A stretch of DNA of 24,026 bases from Promethearchaeota archaeon (GCA_011364975.1 RDOE01000052.1:1-24026); one strand, 5' to 3'. Counted from the first letter of the stretch, positions 8,472 to 17,149 are shown. The notes: generated by a model from the sequence alone, not told the origin. Program-made: numbers and translations.

Positions 8472-9758
8472 ATGATTAAAATAAAACATTCAATATTTGT
8501 CTTTTTTTTAGGTATTATCCTAATTACAGGTATAATAGGAGTCACTTATGCTTCTGATGATGATTTTGATGGAATAGATGATGATTATGAAGAAAGTAAC
8601 AAAAGAGTAATTGATATTGAATTCTCGAGTGATAAATTTGAGGTAGAATCAGTATTTAAGGGTGAAGATCAAAAGGATGATATTGGAATAAGTGTGAGAT
8701 ATGATGAGGATGGAATTACTATAAAAATAGGATATGATCCTCATTATGAAGGAGAAGATGTAGATTTATTTGAGCTTGAATTCGAAATTTCAGTTAGAAG
8801 AATTATAGAGTTTGTAGATGTTAACGATAACAGCATCTATGATAACAATTTTGATATTAAAGTACAAGAGGTCGAATTAAACGATTTTAATCTTATTAAC
8901 CATACCATTATTGAAACAGGATCAGATACAAATATTCATTATCTAAGATTAAGCACTACTGATGGAATTTTTTCAACAAATTTCTATTTTTCAGAAGAAT
9001 TTGATCTCTTAAATAAAATATTACTTACTCCTACTGAGACAAAAATAGATTTTGAAATAAATAATTTCAATTATTTTAATAACTCCTCAATGATCGCTTT
9101 AGATATACTCTTAGAAGCAGAAGGTGAATATGAAGAAAAAGATGAAACGGAGGATGAAAAATTAGGATTCGCAATAAATGAAGCGAGTTTATTTATTGCT
9201 AACGATAGCCGATTAGGATTTTTTTCTTGGAATAAAAATGCTTCAATTGATGGCATTTTGAAAGAGATTTTCGTAAGTCCAATAGAATTTGATGATGTGG
9301 AAGAAGAACAAAGGATATATTTTAATTATCCTCGAGGGAATTATATACATCATGATCCTAAAATTGGGATTGAAGGTATCTTAAGACAAATTACATCCTC
9401 TCCATTCTCGTTCGATCTTTTAATTATAGTAATTATTTTAACCGGAATAACCATTGCTGTTGCCTACTCTGTTTATCATTATAGAACCCGCTTGATTTCA
9501 GCATTGATTTCTAATAAACAAAAAACAAAAACTCATGAAAAAGATTCAAAAGTGAAAATACAACAGTTCTATATTCAAGAAAATGATCCTCTTAATAATA
9601 TAAATTTGACTGCAATTACAGAGGATTTTATGGATATCGTAGATCAATTTGAATGGAACATTGATGAAAAAGAGCAATTTATTAAAGAAATGTTAAGCAT
9701 GAGTCCTTCTGAACGACAATCAATTCTTAAAGATATGCAAAAAAGTTCTAAAGATTAA
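8472..9758 (+). CDS. Type I membrane protein: ectodomain paralogous to 7313..8350, single TM, about 90-aa cytoplasmic helical domain (paralog B)
   Basis: Colinear with paralog A (ASDDD, LEFE, ELNDF, STTDG, KIDxEINNF, LEAExEYExKDETE, GFFSW, NASID, NYPRG, HDPKxGIEG). After the TM it continues into LTAITEDF...FEW...EKEQFIKEMLSMSPSERQSILKDM. Confidence 0.78.
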   Translation: MIKIKHSIFVFFLGIILITGIIGVTYASDDDFDGIDDDYEESNKRVIDIEFSSDKFEVESVFKGEDQKDDIGISVRYDEDGITIKIGYDPHYEGEDVDLFELEFEISVRRIIEFVDVNDNSIYDNNFDIKVQEVELNDFNLINHTIIETGSDTNIHYLRLSTTDGIFSTNFYFSEEFDLLNKILLTPTETKIDFEINNFNYFNNSSMIALDILLEAEGEYEEKDETEDEKLGFAINEASLFIANDSRLGFFSWNKNASIDGILKEIFVSPIEFDDVEEEQRIYFNYPRGNYIHHDPKIGIEGILRQITSSPFSFDLLIIVIILTGITIAVAYSVYHYRTRLISALISNKQKTKTHEKDSKVKIQQFYIQENDPLNNINLTAITEDFMDIVDQFEWNIDEKEQFIKEMLSMSPSERQSILKDMQKSSKD

Positions 9759-9774
9759 TAAATCAGATATTTTA

Positions 9775-10461
9775 ATGGAATGCAATATAATGCCAATTAA
9801 CTTACAAGAACACGAAAAATTAGTTTTACAAATAGTTTATGAATTTTTAAATAAGAATCGAGAATTCAATATTCAAAAAGTTATTCCTTTTATCCATTCA
9901 AGAATTAGGCATACTTCAATCAATCTCAATTATCAAGGAATTTATGAAGTTTTAAATTCGCTTTTAAAAAAAAAAATACTAGTAGAAGGATCCAAATTAT
10001 CAAGAAATGATATCTTAAAAAATAAAACTAGAAAATTAATCTATAACTTTATTCAAGAAAATCCGGGAACCCATTTCTCAAAAATTACAAAAGAACTGAA
10101 TTTAAGTAATCATGTCGTAGTATGGCATTTAAGTATGTTATTAAAATTTAATTTTATAAAAAAAAATTCTATTGATAACAATGAAGTTTTTTTTGATATC
10201 GACATGAATCAACTAGATGTGGAATTAATTTACTACAAAAATCATGAAAAAAGTAGAGAAATCATCACATATCTAAAAGAAAATAATATTGGCGTTAGCA
10301 AGACTAGAATTGCAGAAGATCTTCACATACATATAAATACTTTATCTAAATATCTTATTATGCTTGAGAATTTGCGAATTATTTATCGTGAGAAGATTGA
10401 TAAAAACTATTTATACTTTATAGAAACGAGTTATGAATTAGAAGAAACATTTACAATATAA
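9775..10461 (+). CDS. Multi-winged-HTH transcriptional regulator (archaeal ArsR-like family; possible start at 9790)
   Basis: ILKNKTRKLIYNFIQENPGTHFSKITKELNLSNHVVVWHLSML HTH, a second HTH (SKTRIAEDLHIHINTLSKYLIMLENLRII), and an extra N-terminal helical/wHTH-like segment. Confidence 0.85.
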   Translation: MECNIMPINLQEHEKLVLQIVYEFLNKNREFNIQKVIPFIHSRIRHTSINLNYQGIYEVLNSLLKKKILVEGSKLSRNDILKNKTRKLIYNFIQENPGTHFSKITKELNLSNHVVVWHLSMLLKFNFIKKNSIDNNEVFFDIDMNQLDVELIYYKNHEKSREIITYLKENNIGVSKTRIAEDLHIHINTLSKYLIMLENLRIIYREKIDKNYLYFIETSYELEETFTI

Positions 10462-10463
10462 GG

Positions 10464-11411
10464 TCATCCCTCTACATTTTTTAACCTTTCAAGATTTTGA
10501 TTCTCTATCTCTTCAACTTCTTCTCTCGATAACTTTATTTTTCGTTCTTTTCGAAAAATCATTATAAATTGATGCACAATGCTTGGAATCCATGAATAAT
10601 TAATACCATAGAGATGCAACTTTTTATTAATATCATACCAAATAATTTCACCTTTCAATACAAAACCAATCTTTTGAAGAATAGTTGTAATGTCAGCATT
10701 GAGTAGGTGATATTTCCCATTATGATACATATTTCCAATAAAGATCGCACAATATTTCCCCGGTTTTAAGAGTCTATAACATTCTGTGAAAACATCGTGA
10801 ATTACTATTTCCCAATCCTCTTTAGTTCTTTCGGTATACTCAGGATTCTCTCTAAATCTTGATAATTTCGATTTATCTGAATATATTCCCTTTGCATTCT
10901 CTCCTACTTTTTTATATGTTCCTTTGGATTTTTCAATGGTGTCCATTTTCCAAAAAGGGATATCAGTCAAAATGAAATCAAAAATGTCCCCTGAGTTATA
11001 TTTTTTAAGGATTTCTCTTGAATCGCCACATACGACCTCTTGTTTCCCTAATTTTTCCAAATCACATATTTGTTGGTAGATATCGATCCATCTTTTATTG
11101 ATCTCTATACCAAATGCTCTTCTCTTTGCTAATTCAGACCCAATTAGAGTACCTCCAACACCACAAAAAGGATCTAATACTATTTCACCTTCTTTAGTAA
11201 AAGTCCTAATTATTGATTCACATAATTCTGGAGGCTTCTGACCTCCATGTTTGTTTCTAAGCTTTTGTTGAAAACTAGGGGGATATCCTTTTGGGATTAC
11301 GGATTTAGTAGAAAATACCCACTCTTTCCCGGTCAAGTCGTTTATTTGATTAGAGATATCATAATACCCTCTTGATTCTCCATTTTCGGAGAATAATTCT
11401 ATCTTTTTCAT
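10464..11411 (-). CDS. N4-cytosine/N6-adenine DNA methyltransferase family protein, permuted motif order
   Basis: QKPPELC...VLDPFCGVGGT (motifs X and I) precedes DFILTDIPFW (variant motif IV). Also ECYRLLKPGKY and IIWYD. Confidence 0.8.
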   Translation of the reverse strand: MKKIELFSENGESRGYYDISNQINDLTGKEWVFSTKSVIPKGYPPSFQQKLRNKHGGQKPPELCESIIRTFTKEGEIVLDPFCGVGGTLIGSELAKRRAFGIEINKRWIDIYQQICDLEKLGKQEVVCGDSREILKKYNSGDIFDFILTDIPFWKMDTIEKSKGTYKKVGENAKGIYSDKSKLSRFRENPEYTERTKEDWEIVIHDVFTECYRLLKPGKYCAIFIGNMYHNGKYHLLNADITTILQKIGFVLKGEIIWYDINKKLHLYGINYSWIPSIVHQFIMIFRKERKIKLSREEVEEIENQNLERLKNVEG

Positions 11412-11547
11412 AAAAAATTACTCTTTCTTTCTGGTTAAACTCCGTTATAAAAAATAGAATATTAAATACTGTTTTAAAATTATTGTTAATATGGATTCAA
11501 ATTTAAACGAAAGAACAAAAAATACTTTATTATATTAACTAATTAAT

Positions 11548-11561
11548 AGGTATTAATACCT
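11548..11561. repeat. Perfect 14-bp palindrome AGGTATTAATACCT
   Basis: Read directly from the sequence. It overlaps TTAATAGGT direct repeats at 11543-11551 and 11561-11569. Confidence 0.6.
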
Positions 11562-11587
11562 TAATAGGTTAAATTCTTAACAACAAT

Positions 11588-12823
11588 TTAATGCCATTCA
11601 TTTCCGCAAAGGCCGCATTTGTATTTTTTAGCATAAAGCATGCCATAAATTATTCGGGTTTTATCAGGTACTTCTCTGATTTTAGATTTATCAATATTTC
11701 CACATTTTGGGCATTCCCATTTTCTCTTAATGACGTCAGAATTAGTGCCATTAGAAATTTCCTCAGCAATTAAATCTTGAACACTTTTTTGTGGTTTTGG
11801 TAGTTCAACTTTTTCATTAGTACTCTTAATTTCTAGTTGATTTGTTGCTTTTAATTTAGATTCCTTTTCAGAATTTGTAAATAAGATAGGCTCTTTAATC
11901 TTTACGGCTTCAATTTTTCTCGGAGGTGTAGGTGTATTTGCTTTTATTAATTCTTTTTTATGTCTTTCTTGAGCATTAATAGCGGTTATGGTTTTCGCTA
12001 ATAAAATTGAATCTTGTTCTTTGATATGATCTTTTTGCTGATTCAAACTTTTTACTTCTGCTTCTAAAGTAGAGACCATGGTTTCATACTTCTTTAAGTT
12101 TACATTTTCTGCATTTAGGTGAATTATTTTGTTATTTAGCATTTGATTTTCACTTATTTTTTGGTTGATTTGGGATGTTAAATCTTTAAGCTTTTCTTTA
12201 TAAATTAATACGGATGCATTTTCAGATTTCAAATTACTAATTTCATTTTTTAGAAATTTATTCTGCTCTATTACCTGATCTGATTTGGATTTTAAAATAT
12301 TATAATCTTGTTCAATTTTTTGTTGCTCTGCTTTTAAATTTTCAAGTTTTTGAAGTTTATCCATAAGATCGTTATTTTTCTTTTCTAAATCATTGATATT
12401 TTGAGATAATTTAATATTCTCATTTTCTAATCTTCCATAATCCTCCAAAATATTTTCTAGAGCATCCTTGGTTTCACTTAAAACCTTAACGTCTACAGGG
12501 TTAACTATATCACTCTTTTTAGATTCTAATTCAGATGTTAAATTAGTCAGTTTGATCTGCAACTCTTGGCTTTTGAGTTCTTGCGCAACTAATTGGTCCC
12601 TTTGTGAAATAATAATTTGTTTTAAAGATTCAATTTCTTGAGATAATTCATAGCTTTGTGATTTTCCCTTTAACGAGGTCTTAGATTTTGTGCCATGCTC
12701 CTCCAACTTCTTTTTAAGGTTAGCTATCTCAAGATTTAATTTGTCTATAGTTTTCTGTAGTTCTGAGTGAGTTCGTTCTTCCTGTTCTGCCTTATCTATT
12801 AAATTTTTTAGGTTATTACTCAT
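11588..12823 (-). CDS. Long coiled-coil protein with C-terminal zinc ribbon
   Basis: About 290 aa of heptad-rich E/K/L/N/Q sequence, a Pro-containing linker, then WECPKCGN...KKYKCGLCGNEWH. Confidence 0.8.
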   Translation of the reverse strand: MSNNLKNLIDKAEQEERTHSELQKTIDKLNLEIANLKKKLEEHGTKSKTSLKGKSQSYELSQEIESLKQIIISQRDQLVAQELKSQELQIKLTNLTSELESKKSDIVNPVDVKVLSETKDALENILEDYGRLENENIKLSQNINDLEKKNNDLMDKLQKLENLKAEQQKIEQDYNILKSKSDQVIEQNKFLKNEISNLKSENASVLIYKEKLKDLTSQINQKISENQMLNNKIIHLNAENVNLKKYETMVSTLEAEVKSLNQQKDHIKEQDSILLAKTITAINAQERHKKELIKANTPTPPRKIEAVKIKEPILFTNSEKESKLKATNQLEIKSTNEKVELPKPQKSVQDLIAEEISNGTNSDVIKRKWECPKCGNIDKSKIREVPDKTRIIYGMLYAKKYKCGLCGNEWH

Positions 12824-12989
12824 TCTTTTTTTATTTTTGTGTATATTAGAAATTCTAGTTCGCTAAAATAATAATAAAATGAGTATTAATAATTTTAAAC
12901 TTTAAGGATCAAAATTGCTCAAAAAAGATTTTTAAACTTTCATTGGATCTAATTTCATATTAACAGAGATTACTCATAGAGATTATAAA

Positions 12990-13739
12990 ATGATGCTATA
13001 TAGAATTTCAGATAAAGGTGAATTAGTAAATCTTCAATATTTAGAATTTAATAGTAATGATGTTTATCTCATTGATGATAAAGAAAAATCTAATATCTAT
13101 ATCTGGGTGGGTCTTAATGTACCTCAGTATATGAAAGATATAACTGCCGCTTATGCTCGAAGATTTGAAAAAGAACGAGGGGAATCGATTAAAATACATA
13201 TTATGAAGGAAAAAAGGGAATTTGGTTCATTTTTAGCAATGATTGAATCATTACGAAAAGGGGAAATTCCCGGAAAAACTGTAGAACGACGTCCTGAATT
13301 AATATTAGATGATACATCTTTAACTTCAAATTTACATCCTATCTCGAAACCTCAGAAAGAGATCAGTAGTGAAGAACAAAGAATTAGGTCCTGGTTAGAC
13401 CAATTAAGAGAGCTAAGAGGGTCTAAAATAATTGATTCAGTAAAACAAGATGAAGATTCGGCTTCATATGAGGAAATAGACTTAGAAACACAGATTCGAG
13501 AAGCTGCTTATTATCTTTCATTAGAAAAATATTCCTATAACGATTTATGCTGGTTATTGGCAGAAAAGATTCAAAAAATTAATCTAGGAATGCCCTCACT
13601 GGAAAATATTCGAACTAAAGCAGAGGAAGTATTTCATTCCTCAAGTAGTTATGATGAATTATGCTGGTTAAATGCAGAATTGGACATTTTAATTATTGAA
13701 GGTTTTTTAGAAAAGAAAAAAACTGGGTTTAATTATTAA
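12990..13739 (+). CDS. Single gelsolin-domain protein with C-terminal tandem helical repeat (eukaryotic signature protein)
   Basis: The N-terminal about 90 aa match the gelsolin repeat (FNSNDVYLID...IYIWVG...A..ARRFEKER...I.IMKEKRE..SFL). The C-terminus has two IRxxA-x8-SYxxLCWLxAE repeats. Confidence 0.8.
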   Translation: MMLYRISDKGELVNLQYLEFNSNDVYLIDDKEKSNIYIWVGLNVPQYMKDITAAYARRFEKERGESIKIHIMKEKREFGSFLAMIESLRKGEIPGKTVERRPELILDDTSLTSNLHPISKPQKEISSEEQRIRSWLDQLRELRGSKIIDSVKQDEDSASYEEIDLETQIREAAYYLSLEKYSYNDLCWLLAEKIQKINLGMPSLENIRTKAEEVFHSSSSYDELCWLNAELDILIIEGFLEKKKTGFNY

Positions 13740-13763
13740 ATCTGGTTAATGAATAGAATCGTT

Positions 13764-14099
13764 TTATTCTTTAATCATGATTAGCATCATTTTAAACTTT
13801 TCCAATGCTTTTAAAGCATGGGGTTCATTTGCCGGCATAATTATCATTTCCCCTGCCTTAAGAATATTACTTTTCTTTGATAAGATTACATCCGCTTTCC
13901 CATCAATAATATAAACTAATGCATCAAACGGAGCTGTATGTTCACTTAATCCTTGCTCCTTATCGAAAGAAAACAGTGTAATTGTACCCACCTTCTTATC
14001 AATTAATGTTTTACTTACAACTGAACTTTCTTGGTAAGCTAACATCTCAGATAAATTTAATATTTTACCAAGGTATTCCGTATGCGATTTTTCAGTCAT
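13764..14099 (-). CDS. Cupin domain protein
   Basis: LFSFDKEQGLSEHTAPFDALVYIIDG and LKAGEMIIMPANEPHAL cupin motifs. Confidence 0.9.
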   Translation of the reverse strand: MTEKSHTEYLGKILNLSEMLAYQESSVVSKTLIDKKVGTITLFSFDKEQGLSEHTAPFDALVYIIDGKADVILSKKSNILKAGEMIIMPANEPHALKALEKFKMMLIMIKE

Positions 14100-14190
14100 A
14101 TATTCACTAATCCTTTTAATTTTTAAAATTTAACTAATTATTGGTTTTTTAGAATTTATAGAAAACTATGAACATGTTCTTTTTAAAACG

Positions 14191-14721
14191 TTACAATTGA
14201 TTAAAATTCAAAGTTTTTTCCTTTTTCAATATTTTAATCGGTATCCATCCATGGACTTTGGCTTTATATTTTAAAAAATCATCTCCAAATCTCTTGATTA
14301 ATCCTTTTTCTTCAAATAATGGGATATAGATTAAATTCAATATAAAGAAAAAAATATCAAACCCAAAAATCCAATATGATCCAAAAACTAAGGATTCCCC
14401 AAAAAGAATAACAATAACTCCAAGAATCATCGGATTTCTAATGAACCTGTATGGTCCACTAATAACTAAATTTTGAGTTTCTAAGTTATATAAGGGCATT
14501 AAAGTCCCTTTACCGAGATTATAAAAGATTTTAATACACCATATTACTAAAAAAACACCAACACCCAGCAACATAATACCTATAACGAGTTGAATAATAT
14601 TCAATGTTATTAAACTAAAGAGGCTAAAATCCTCGATAAAAAAAACAATAAGAAAGGGTATAACCACCGTAACAAAGATCGGTAAGGAGAGCGATAGAAT
14701 CAACTTTTTAGTATTAACCAT
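14191..14721 (-). CDS. Isoprenylcysteine carboxyl methyltransferase / PEMT family membrane methyltransferase
   Basis: GKGTLMP, LVISGPYRFIRNPMILG, EEKGLIKRFGDDFLKYKAKV, and several TM segments. Confidence 0.88.
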   Translation of the reverse strand: MVNTKKLILSLSLPIFVTVVIPFLIVFFIEDFSLFSLITLNIIQLVIGIMLLGVGVFLVIWCIKIFYNLGKGTLMPLYNLETQNLVISGPYRFIRNPMILGVIVILFGESLVFGSYWIFGFDIFFFILNLIYIPLFEEKGLIKRFGDDFLKYKAKVHGWIPIKILKKEKTLNFNQL

Positions 14722-14752
14722 AATATCTTTAGCACTATTTTTAATTAAAGTG

Positions 14753-15319
14753 TTACTTCTTGTAAGATTTCCCTATACTCCATGCTCTTCCTACATGGTC
14801 TCCTATTTTCCAATAATTATTATCATTCATGGAAAAAAATATAACATTCATTTTTTTAACATCGGGGATTCCATTTGTCAAAAATTTATCTTCAGAATAG
14901 GCGTTAATTATTTCTCCGAGAAAAATATCATGTCCTGTCTCAAGTTCTATTGTTTTAACGACTCTACATTCAAGATTTAATGGAGAAGCTTTGATCATGG
15001 GAGCCGTTTTTAATTCTCCATAAAATGTGTCAAAAATATCAGATTTATCAATTTCTTTTCCAGATTTTAATCCACAGTAATCCATCGGAATCACTAATTC
15101 TTGTGATGGTGTATTCACACTAAATGTTTGATTTTCTTTAATGCCAATATTAGTATAATGCCCTTGGTTAGAAGAAATAGAAATTATTGGAGGTTTATAT
15201 TCAACAATACTAACCCATGCAAGCGGCATAAAATTGGGTTTATCTTTTACGTTAACTCCAATTATAACGACTGGCATAGGATATAAGTATGATCCGACTC
15301 GAATTTTATTTTTACTCAT
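14753..15319 (-). CDS. Flavin reductase family protein (flavoredoxin-like)
   Basis: LYPMPVVIIG, NFMPLAW, FSVNTP, DYCGLKSG, PLNLECRV, HDIFLGEI. Start moved from 15424 to the ATG at 15319 (MSKNK), which has GGA upstream and gives a typical family length. Confidence 0.88.
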   Translation of the reverse strand: MSKNKIRVGSYLYPMPVVIIGVNVKDKPNFMPLAWVSIVEYKPPIISISSNQGHYTNIGIKENQTFSVNTPSQELVIPMDYCGLKSGKEIDKSDIFDTFYGELKTAPMIKASPLNLECRVVKTIELETGHDIFLGEIINAYSEDKFLTNGIPDVKKMNVIFFSMNDNNYWKIGDHVGRAWSIGKSYKK

Positions 15320-15495
15320 AATAATGTCCTTTTTCCTTTTAGATTTGATAGATCTAAAGTTAATACCTATAAAAATTATTGGTAAATGGAATAAAATTGG
15401 AGAATTAATAAGTTTAATAATCACTTAACAGTAATGTTATTTAGGGTTTAAAAGGATAAATTATTTGAATCAACCTATTTTAAAACAATAATTAA

Positions 15496-16467
15496 ATGAC
15501 TGTTCAAAAAAAAATTGTTGATCTTCCAAAATCTCAAGAGATATATCCAAATTTCATTAAAGGTAAAACTATTATATTACATGAAGGGGATACGTTAGAA
15601 TTCTTAAAAAGTGTTCCAAATAATTACATTAATCTTGTTGTTACCTCTCCACCTTATAATATTGGTAAAATCTATGAAAGTAAAACTGATCTTCAAACAT
15701 ATTTAAGCGACCAAGAAGAGGTAATCATAGAATTAGTAAGAACTCTCAAGGTTTCTGGAAGTATATGTTGGGAAGTTGGTAATTTTATTGAAAATGGGGA
15801 GGTATTTCCTTTAGACGTTTATTTCTATGATATTTTTAAAAATCAAGGTTTAAAGTTAAGAAATAGAATAGTTTGGCATTTTGGTCATGGTCTACATTGT
15901 AAAAATAGATTTTCAGGAAGATATGAAATCATTTTATGGTTTAGTAAAACTGATGAGTATATCTTTAATCTAGACCCCGTTAGAATTCCTGCAAAATATC
16001 CCGGGAAAAGAGCATATAAAGGGTCCAATAAAGGAAACCTATCTGGAAATCCCAAAGGGAAAAATCCTTCTGATATATGGAAAATACTAGAAAATGAATG
16101 GGAAGATGCTTTTTGGGAGTTTCCTAATGTAAAATCAAATCATCCGGAGAAAACTGTTCATCCTTGTCAATTTCCAGTTGAATTAGTAGAACGATGTGTA
16201 CTAGCATTGACTAATAAAGAGCATTATGTTCTTGATCCTTATTGTGGGGTTGGAACTACTTTAATTGCAGGATTAAAGCATCAAAGAAAAGTAATAGGAG
16301 TCGATAAAGAAGCAAATTATATTGAAATTGCTAAAAATAGAATAAATAATTTTTTTGAAGGCAAGTTAAGAACAAGACCGTTAGGTAAACGCGTTTATCA
16401 ACCAACAGGTCGTGAAAAGGTGGCTAAAGTACCAGAAGAATGGATTAATTATGGAAAGAATAAGTAA
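15496..16467 (+). CDS. Beta-class site-specific DNA methyltransferase (SPPY, probably N4-cytosine; M.BglII-like)
   Basis: VVTSPPYN (motif IV) precedes HPCQFP...VLDPYCGVGTT (motifs X and I). RNRIVW, HGLH, GKNPSD and NVKSNH resemble M.BglII-type enzymes from memory. Confidence 0.88.
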   Translation: MTVQKKIVDLPKSQEIYPNFIKGKTIILHEGDTLEFLKSVPNNYINLVVTSPPYNIGKIYESKTDLQTYLSDQEEVIIELVRTLKVSGSICWEVGNFIENGEVFPLDVYFYDIFKNQGLKLRNRIVWHFGHGLHCKNRFSGRYEIILWFSKTDEYIFNLDPVRIPAKYPGKRAYKGSNKGNLSGNPKGKNPSDIWKILENEWEDAFWEFPNVKSNHPEKTVHPCQFPVELVERCVLALTNKEHYVLDPYCGVGTTLIAGLKHQRKVIGVDKEANYIEIAKNRINNFFEGKLRTRPLGKRVYQPTGREKVAKVPEEWINYGKNK

Positions 16468-17149
16468 AAGGGAGATAAGTTTGAGTAAATCACATCATCA
16501 TCATGAATGGTCGGGATTGCGTGCTCAAAAATTTGTTCAATCGGTTGAAAAACTTATAAAATATAGATATAGACCCTTTGTGAAGGAAATAATCAATGCA
16601 ATAAGTAAATATGGAGTAAGGGAAACACCAAAAATAGTCGATGTCGGATCTGGTCCTGGAATATTACTTATTGAAATAAAAAAAATCTTTGAAAATTGTA
16701 GATTGATTGGTGTTGATTCTTCAAAATATATGTTGGAAATTGCTGAAAATAGAGTGAAAGAACAAAACTTGAAAGATTTTGCATTTAAGTTAGGATCTGC
16801 TGAGAAAATCCCCATAGAAGAGGGACAAATCGATGTAGTGGTATGTTTGAATAGTCTTCATGATTTTAATGATGCTCAGCAAACAATCAAAGAAGTATCG
16901 AGAATTTTAATCAATGGAGGACTTTTTATATTAAAAGATAAAAATGGGGCATATCCTAAATGGAAAATGCGATTTCTTTTCATCCCTCTTATCTTTAAAA
17001 CAGGTTTAAAGCGAACTATAAAATATTTTAAAAGTAATAAATTATGGTTGGATCCCGATCAAGTAATACAATGGATGTCCGAATTTGGAATAAGAAAAGA
17101 AGAAGTTCATTACAAAATGGATTATCTTATCATTGGAAAGCGAGAATAA
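16451..17149 (+). CDS. Class I SAM-dependent methyltransferase (UbiE/Methyltransf_11-like)
   Basis: IVDVGSGPG, GVDSS, GSAEKIP, SLHDF, EVSRILINGG. The start is probably ATG 16451 or TTG 16481 (GGAGA upstream) rather than GTG 16412. Confidence 0.85.
   Translation: MERISKREISLSKSHHHHEWSGLRAQKFVQSVEKLIKYRYRPFVKEIINAISKYGVRETPKIVDVGSGPGILLIEIKKIFENCRLIGVDSSKYMLEIAENRVKEQNLKDFAFKLGSAEKIPIEEGQIDVVVCLNSLHDFNDAQQTIKEVSRILINGGLFILKDKNGAYPKWKMRFLFIPLIFKTGLKRTIKYFKSNKLWLDPDQVIQWMSEFGIRKEEVHYKMDYLIIGKRE

Noticed and set aside
11588-12823. SMC protein or TFS/RpoM transcription factor
   Set aside because: No Walker A/B motifs or hinge, and the zinc ribbon lacks the RSADE motif.
6263-14721. ICMT-like enzyme as the modifier of the Rab-like GTPase (eukaryote-style prenyl-Cys methylation)
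   Set aside because: The GTPase ends in YRKFAI with no Cys, the genes are 7 kb apart, and this methyltransferase family is widespread in prokaryotes.
15320-15424. 35-aa N-terminal extension of the flavin reductase
   Set aside because: Probably an over-extended ORF from a GTG. The ATG at 15319 fits the family start.
10464-16467. Restriction-modification or defence island formed by the two DNA methyltransferases
   Set aside because: No nuclease, specificity subunit, integrase or transposase lies between or beside them, and the intervening genes are unrelated.
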